Positions 58,582 through 64,000 of a DNA stretch of 64,000 bases are shown here, in pieces. The stretch is from Candidatus Thorarchaeota archaeon (GTDB taxonomy: Archaea > Asgardarchaeota > Thorarchaeia > Thorarchaeales > Thorarchaeaceae). Within the stretch, counting starts at the first letter, position 1, and each line of letters begins with the position of its first letter. The notes beneath the pieces were generated by a model. The model was not told the origin of the DNA. It made no database searches and saw only the letters and a list, made by a program, of their open reading frames with translations. The position numbers were made by a program, and so were the translations under genes. Where the stretch lies: contig JAOUFI010000006.1 of assembly GCA_029858305.1 (NCBI GenBank), forward strand, positions 9,851 to 73,850, read 5' to 3'.

Positions 58582-60252
58582 TTGAAAATTGCACTAGTTC
58601 AAATGAACTCTACAGTCGGGGACCTTAATGGCAACTCTGAGAAGATCAAGAATTACATTGAGCAAGCTAGGGAATCTGGAGCACAACTCGTGGTCTTTCC
58701 TGAACTTGCAATCACAGGGTACCCACCCCGGGATCTACTCTATGAGAAGGAGTTCATCAGGGCAAACAAATCGGCTATCAAGGAGATATCTCGATCTTGC
58801 CATGAATTGACAGTTTTAGTGGGTTTTGTGGATTATGACAGAAAATGGAGATTATACAACTGCGCTGCAGTAATCTCAAATCATGAAGTTATAGCAACCG
58901 TCAAGAAAACATTGTTGCCAACATACGATGTTTTTGACGAGGATAGATACTTCGAATCTGGAAAATCAGACGAAATAGCTCCTCACCAAATCATAGTTGG
59001 AGGACAGAGCATAAACCTTGGTGTCGAGATTTGTGAGGACCTATGGGATGATGGTTATGAAACGAAGGTAACTGACCTTCTTGTTGAACGAGGAGCACAA
59101 CTTGTCATCAACATTTCTTCATCACCTTTTCACATGGGTAAGGGAGCACAGAGAGAGAAGCTTGTAAAATCCAAGGCTACGAAAAACAAGGTTCCAGTCT
59201 TGCTCTGCAATCTTGTTGGAGGGCAGGATGAGCTGGTCTTTGATGGACAGAGTGTTGGCATTGATTCATCAGGAAAACTGATAGCTTGTGGACAAGCGTT
59301 CAAGGAGGATTTGATATTCGTAGACTTGGATATTGATCATGGACTGGCTAAGAAGACTATCAAGCCACCCTACAACCGTCAGAAGGAGATGTTCGACGCA
59401 CTCTCACTTGGCATTGGTGATTACTTTAGAAAAACAGGTTTTGAGCGAGCATTGCTTGGACTAAGTGGGGGAATAGACTCAGCAGTAACGGCATGTATCG
59501 CAGCTGACGCATTGGGTCCAGAGAATGTGATTGGAGTATCAATGCCGTCTAGATTCTCAAGCAAACATAGCAAAGACGACGCTGAGCAGCTTGCTCAAAA
59601 TCTCGGTATACATTATGTGAAATTCTCAATCCAAGAGATTGTAGACGTATATCATGAATCACTGGGAGCACCACTTAAAGAATTAAGAAGCCTCTTTCAT
59701 GTAGATATGTCTGCAGATGATTCTGTAGCGGATGAAAACATTCAGCCTAGAGTCCGAGGTAACGCGCTTATGGATTTTTCAAATAGATTGAAGGATTTAC
59801 ATATACTCGTTCTGAATACAGGCAACAAAACAGAACTAGCACTTGGATATTGCACACTATATGGCGATATGACTGGAGGAGTTGGTGCAATAGGAGATGT
59901 CAGCAAGCTGCAGGTTTACGAGCTTGCAGAGTATATCAATTCAAAAGCGGCCAAGAAGATTATACCAGAGAGCACAATTAAGAAGAAACCATCAGCAGAA
60001 CTAAAGCCCGACCAGTTTGATCCCTTTGATTTTGACATTGTCAGTCCAATGGTGGATGAGATTATCGAGCACAGACTTAGCAAGAAGGAATTGATTGCCA
60101 AGGGCTATGCGGTCGATATTGTTGATGATGTGTACACAAGAATCAGGCGTTCTGAGTACAAAAGATGGCAAGCGCCACCCTGCATCAAGATTAGCCAGAA
60201 AGCTTTTGGTATAGGGTGGAAAATGCCAATTGTAAATCACTACACAGGATAA
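58582..60252 (+). CDS. nadE: Glutamine-dependent NAD+ synthetase
   Basis: Nitrilase domain (FPEL..GYPP, K..LP.Y..FDE, ICEDLW) plus LSGGIDS, ENIQ.R.R, TGNKTE, PSAEL. Confidence 0.95.
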   Translation: MKIALVQMNSTVGDLNGNSEKIKNYIEQARESGAQLVVFPELAITGYPPRDLLYEKEFIRANKSAIKEISRSCHELTVLVGFVDYDRKWRLYNCAAVISNHEVIATVKKTLLPTYDVFDEDRYFESGKSDEIAPHQIIVGGQSINLGVEICEDLWDDGYETKVTDLLVERGAQLVINISSSPFHMGKGAQREKLVKSKATKNKVPVLLCNLVGGQDELVFDGQSVGIDSSGKLIACGQAFKEDLIFVDLDIDHGLAKKTIKPPYNRQKEMFDALSLGIGDYFRKTGFERALLGLSGGIDSAVTACIAADALGPENVIGVSMPSRFSSKHSKDDAEQLAQNLGIHYVKFSIQEIVDVYHESLGAPLKELRSLFHVDMSADDSVADENIQPRVRGNALMDFSNRLKDLHILVLNTGNKTELALGYCTLYGDMTGGVGAIGDVSKLQVYELAEYINSKAAKKIIPESTIKKKPSAELKPDQFDPFDFDIVSPMVDEIIEHRLSKKELIAKGYAVDIVDDVYTRIRRSEYKRWQAPPCIKISQKAFGIGWKMPIVNHYTG

Positions 60253-60273
60253 CGGATATTGCAGCATTCAGTT

Positions 60274-60702
60274 TTAGACAAGAATAGTGACTACCGGGCA
60301 ATCAACACTACTAATTACAGATTCCGTCACGCTCTTAGATAAACGACCAAGAAGACCTTTTTTCTTTCGCCGCTTCATCATAAAAATCATAGAATAATCT
60401 GTCGAACTCGCCTCCTCGGTTATAGCATCGGCCACTCGCCGAGCTGTTACTAATTTGATCAAAGCGGAATACCCCTGACCATTGAGCCAGTCTCGAATTG
60501 GAATAATCTTGCTTTCTGCTTCTTTGAATATGTCATCCATGCCTTCAGAACCGAGAGGAGTAGATATTGGGGTCTCTATGACATGAAGTAATGTTAGGTT
60601 CGTTGTTTGAAATCGCAACAAGGGAAGCATTGCTGCGATCATATCAGAATACTCTATCAAGCCTGAGATGGGCATCAGGACACCTGCTTCTTCATCACTC
60701 AT
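60274..60702 (-). CDS. Universal stress protein
   Basis: LLHVIE...I...A....I.M...SV...V.....CPV. Confidence 0.8.
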   Translation of the reverse strand: MSDEEAGVLMPISGLIEYSDMIAAMLPLLRFQTTNLTLLHVIETPISTPLGSEGMDDIFKEAESKIIPIRDWLNGQGYSALIKLVTARRVADAITEEASSTDYSMIFMMKRRKKKGLLGRLSKSVTESVISSVDCPVVTILV

Positions 60703-60725
60703 CTTGATTGACCCGCCTTTACCTC

Positions 60726-60995
60726 TTAGTTGTCTACCATCTTACCATCTTTCTTATGGGCATACATAATCACGCTGGAAACTGTGGTTTTGATGCCTTC
60801 AATTTTCAAAATTTTATTCTTGAGCATATTTCTAAAGTCTATCACATCATTTGCCTTTACTATAGCAACGATATCAGACTCACCAGTGACCTCATAAACA
60901 TCTACGACTTCAGGCAATGCCGCAAGAGTGTTAGATACTTCATCAAGGTCTCTAGATTCAATTGTAATGTTGAGAATCACACGTATTTGTGACAT
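60726..60995 (-). CDS. Stand-alone Lrp/AsnC ligand-binding (RAM) domain
   Basis: LPEV..VYEVTG..DIV...I..IEGI..T. Confidence 0.85.
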   Translation of the reverse strand: MSQIRVILNITIESRDLDEVSNTLAALPEVVDVYEVTGESDIVAIVKANDVIDFRNMLKNKILKIEGIKTTVSSVIMYAHKKDGKMVDN

Positions 60996-62926
60996 TATCT
61001 ACGCACCACCATGAGTTTCCCAGGAGCAATACTTGACACGAGAGAAATCATATCATCAATGCTATCACGTTTTCCTTTCTTAAACGATTTTCCACGTATG
61101 ACAATTACAAAGTCATACTGGTCCGATATTGCAGCTTCAGTCACTACTTTCTTCACAGAACCAACATGTACTATCTCTCGTGTTTCGAACCCAAAATCTG
61201 TGAGCTCCACAGATATGTTTCGTAAATCTAGGCTTGCTAATTTTTTATATTCGATTGCTGCAGTGAGTGGCAGATCCCATTTGTCAGTTGAGATAACACT
61301 CAATAGAGTCAGTCGGAATCTTGTATCAAAACTGTCTCTCAGGGATTCAGCAATTTCTTCCCTCTCTTCAGGACGTATCAACACGAGAGCGTTCATCTTA
61401 TACGTCATCGGTTTGATGCTACTGCCGATATCACGGCTAAAGAAAGGTTTCCCAATTCTACGACGATGTATAGCATAAATCAGAATTCCTATTGTGGTCC
61501 AACTGAAACCAAGGAGTCGGCCTATGGGATGGAAGATTACAACTAGCAACCAAATTGAAGAACAAGCTATTATTCCCAGGAGGCTTGGGAGTGGAATATC
61601 ATAGGATTTTTGTTTGATGGTAAGTTTGAAGGTGAATGGTACCTTCCAAGAGCGATGCGCTTCCTTATCCGTCTGTCGCAATACTATCAGAGATATATTG
61701 ACCATCAGATAGGAGAGAAGTGCTCCAAAATTATACAGATCTGCAACCCAATCAAGTTGACCTATGAGCGCTAGGAGCGCACCAATGGATCCAAAAACTA
61801 TGATGGTTCTCACTGGTGTTCTAGTCTTGGAGTTCACCTTTGAGAACCATGCTGGTAAGAGATCAAAATTACTCATTGAGAAGACAACCCTTGAAACACC
61901 AATAATCCCGGTATTTGAGGATACCAAACAGATTGCAAAACCGGTAAAAGCGACAATTGGCAAAAGTGTGACACCAACTCCTGCAATGGACCGAACCAAA
62001 GCTGAAATTGGATCTTCCAGACTCGCTCCGAGTGTAGACCAAGATATCATTCCAAGACTTATAGCAGATAGACCAACTGCAAATAATAGAACCGATACTA
62101 TTGACATTTTAGTGGCACGGGGTATTGTTCTATCCGGTCTTTTTGTTTCCTCAGCGGCTTGAGCAATCGATTCAATTCCGATAAAAGAGCTCATGGCAAG
62201 TGTTACTGCATAAAAGAAATTCTGATCGCTATAGTCAGTACTCCAGATATAGGCGATATGACCAAATGGATCTGGCGCTCCTCGAATTGTGATTTGCATA
62301 CTAAATAGATCAAGATTGAATGCAAGTAGTAGCCCTAGCGCCATTATTATCGAGAGCACAATAATATTCAGGGCAACCATAGTCGTATTGAGAGTAGAAG
62401 CTTCCTTTATGCCAACTATGTTGATTCCAATGAGAATGAGTACTATTACAAATGCAACAAGACCTATTGCATTCACTACAATTTGCAATCCTAATAACGA
62501 GAATGTGAAAGTGGTCAAGATGAGTACTGGAAAGAAGAAGGTCAAGTAACCAACAGTGGCAATTGCAAAGAGTGCAGTACATACTGTATAATCAAGCATG
62601 ACCAACCACCCTCCAAGAAAGCCCGCAAAATCGTTGAATGCCTTCATGGAGTAGACCTGCGCACCGCCTGCATATGGGTAGGCAGTTGCTAGTTCAGCAT
62701 AAGCTAGACCAGTAGCTATGTATGTTACGGAAGCGATGATGAAGGCGACTGGAGCCCAACCCGCCGCATATGCTGCGACAAGACCTAATGCCACATAAAT
62801 ATCCGCACCGACATCAGCATAGCCCATCGCGAAGGACCCAAACCAACCGATGTCTCTTTTGAGAGCAACCTTTGATTGTTTTGTTGTGGTACCTTCATCA
62901 GTTGACAAGAACGAATCCTCCATCAC
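60995..62926 (-). CDS. APC-family amino acid permease with C-terminal USP-like domain
   Basis: LKR.IG, YAELA...P.AGG, F.G.E...AEE...P, SR..F.M, TP; soluble C-terminal domain. Confidence 0.9.
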   Translation of the reverse strand: MMEDSFLSTDEGTTTKQSKVALKRDIGWFGSFAMGYADVGADIYVALGLVAAYAAGWAPVAFIIASVTYIATGLAYAELATAYPYAGGAQVYSMKAFNDFAGFLGGWLVMLDYTVCTALFAIATVGYLTFFFPVLILTTFTFSLLGLQIVVNAIGLVAFVIVLILIGINIVGIKEASTLNTTMVALNIIVLSIIMALGLLLAFNLDLFSMQITIRGAPDPFGHIAYIWSTDYSDQNFFYAVTLAMSSFIGIESIAQAAEETKRPDRTIPRATKMSIVSVLLFAVGLSAISLGMISWSTLGASLEDPISALVRSIAGVGVTLLPIVAFTGFAICLVSSNTGIIGVSRVVFSMSNFDLLPAWFSKVNSKTRTPVRTIIVFGSIGALLALIGQLDWVADLYNFGALLSYLMVNISLIVLRQTDKEAHRSWKVPFTFKLTIKQKSYDIPLPSLLGIIACSSIWLLVVIFHPIGRLLGFSWTTIGILIYAIHRRRIGKPFFSRDIGSSIKPMTYKMNALVLIRPEEREEIAESLRDSFDTRFRLTLLSVISTDKWDLPLTAAIEYKKLASLDLRNISVELTDFGFETREIVHVGSVKKVVTEAAISDQYDFVIVIRGKSFKKGKRDSIDDMISLVSSIAPGKLMVVRR

Positions 62927-63072
62927 TAAAAAATGAATTATTCGAGAAATTCATTGAATTCTACATAGTTCTTACAAATTAATCCTCATTCTGTGACGAT
63001 TACTTAATGAACATGACAACTTTGTAAACCTAATTGATTGTCTTTAAAAAATACTCTATATCATCAAGGTAA

Positions 63073-64000
63073 TTATATCATTTTCTTTACTACCGTACGT
63101 ATCTTTACCCTCTTGAGTACCAACCAGGCAACCGATGTGAACGAAATTGCCAAGATTCCTGATACTACCCATAAGAACCGTAGACTGCCGGAGTAGGTCC
63201 AAATGTACGCGCCCACAGGTGCCGCCATCAATCCTGTGATGGAAATTGCTAATTGGTAGATACCAAGTGCCCTGCCTTTCATATTTGATGGAACACCATT
63301 GACTGTGAGAATAACTTCGGTAGCTATCCAGACTACAATGGGTGCAGCCCAGAGCATGTTGAGAAGGATCAGAAGCCAAGCCTCGGAACCTAGACCAAGT
63401 GCGGTCATCACAACCGAGTTGCCAGCCAAACTTATGACCAATCCAGATTTTGTCCGCTTTCCAGCAATGCCACTCAAAGTGTACATCATTGAAACAGATG
63501 CTAAGGAGAAGACACTCGAAGCAATCCCATATACCTCAAGACTGACGCCCCATTCCCTAACGCTGAGAATTCCAATATACGGAATAGCCATTCCCCATGC
63601 CAAGTAATAGCCTACCATGGCAGCTGTAAACTTCCAGAATGACCTTCCAAGGGATCTCAGAGTGTCAATAATTGGCATCTTTGGCGCAGGTTCTACAGCT
63701 TTGACGAGTGTTTCTTTTATTTGTGTAGCTGAAAATAACATGGCAAAGACTGCCGCTAAAACTCCAATGAGGAGGAGCGATGGAAGGGCGAATCCAGAAT
63801 ATAGAAGTATGACAGCCAATATCGGACTAATCCCATCAACTACAAAAGATGGCATGAGGACCATAGTCATCTTCCGTGTTGCGTCTGTTCCAGAATCTAG
63901 GTTTATTTCGTCAGCAGGTATTGCTCGAGATATAACAAGAACAAAACTCCAGCCAAACGACTGTAGGCCGTAGGCAAAAAGCACCAATGGCCATAGTGGG
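63073..64000 (-). CDS. MFS transporter (5' end beyond window)
   Basis: Multiple TM helices; P...KGRA.G MFS motif; frame open to window edge. Confidence 0.8.
   Translation of the reverse strand, partial: PLWPLVLFAYGLQSFGWSFVLVISRAIPADEINLDSGTDATRKMTMVLMPSFVVDGISPILAVILLYSGFALPSLLLIGVLAAVFAMLFSATQIKETLVKAVEPAPKMPIIDTLRSLGRSFWKFTAAMVGYYLAWGMAIPYIGILSVREWGVSLEVYGIASSVFSLASVSMMYTLSGIAGKRTKSGLVISLAGNSVVMTALGLGSEAWLLILLNMLWAAPIVVWIATEVILTVNGVPSNMKGRALGIYQLAISITGLMAAPVGAYIWTYSGSLRFLWVVSGILAISFTSVAWLVLKRVKIRTVVKKMI

Noticed and set aside
60274-62926. APC-USP fusion with RAM-domain and USP genes
   Set aside because: Known, widespread architecture in archaea and bacteria
1-64000. Selenoprotein read-through or SECIS elements
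   Set aside because: No gene appears interrupted by an in-frame TGA at a conserved Cys position, and no SECIS could be supported by eye

Overview
Archaeal chromosomal segment, almost certainly from an Asgard archaeon and most likely Thorarchaeia (inferred from Rab- and Arf-like small GTPases, longin-like and Bet3/TRAPPC3-like proteins, rpS26e, rpL13e, class I LysRS, aIF5A and an archaeal CCA-adding enzyme). About 65 genes, mostly housekeeping, metabolic and transport, plus one tRNA-Leu(CAG) with a 30-nt BHB intron in the T-loop. Most notable: (1) a duplicated module pairing Bet3/TRAPPC3-like V4R proteins with roadblock/longin-like plus winged-helix proteins (candidate proto-TRAPP system, 28.9-33.9 kb); (2) an AP-mu/sigma-like longin + Arf-like GTPase + long acidic tail fusion beside a longin/uDENN-like winged-helix gene; (3) a ~235-bp highly structured non-coding element between those two genes, bounded by an 11-bp direct repeat; (4) a ~1.9-kb islet bounded by a 13-bp copy of the tRNA-Leu 3' exon. 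All family assignments come from motif recognition by eye, not database searches. No CRISPR array, rRNA, transposase or integrase was seen.
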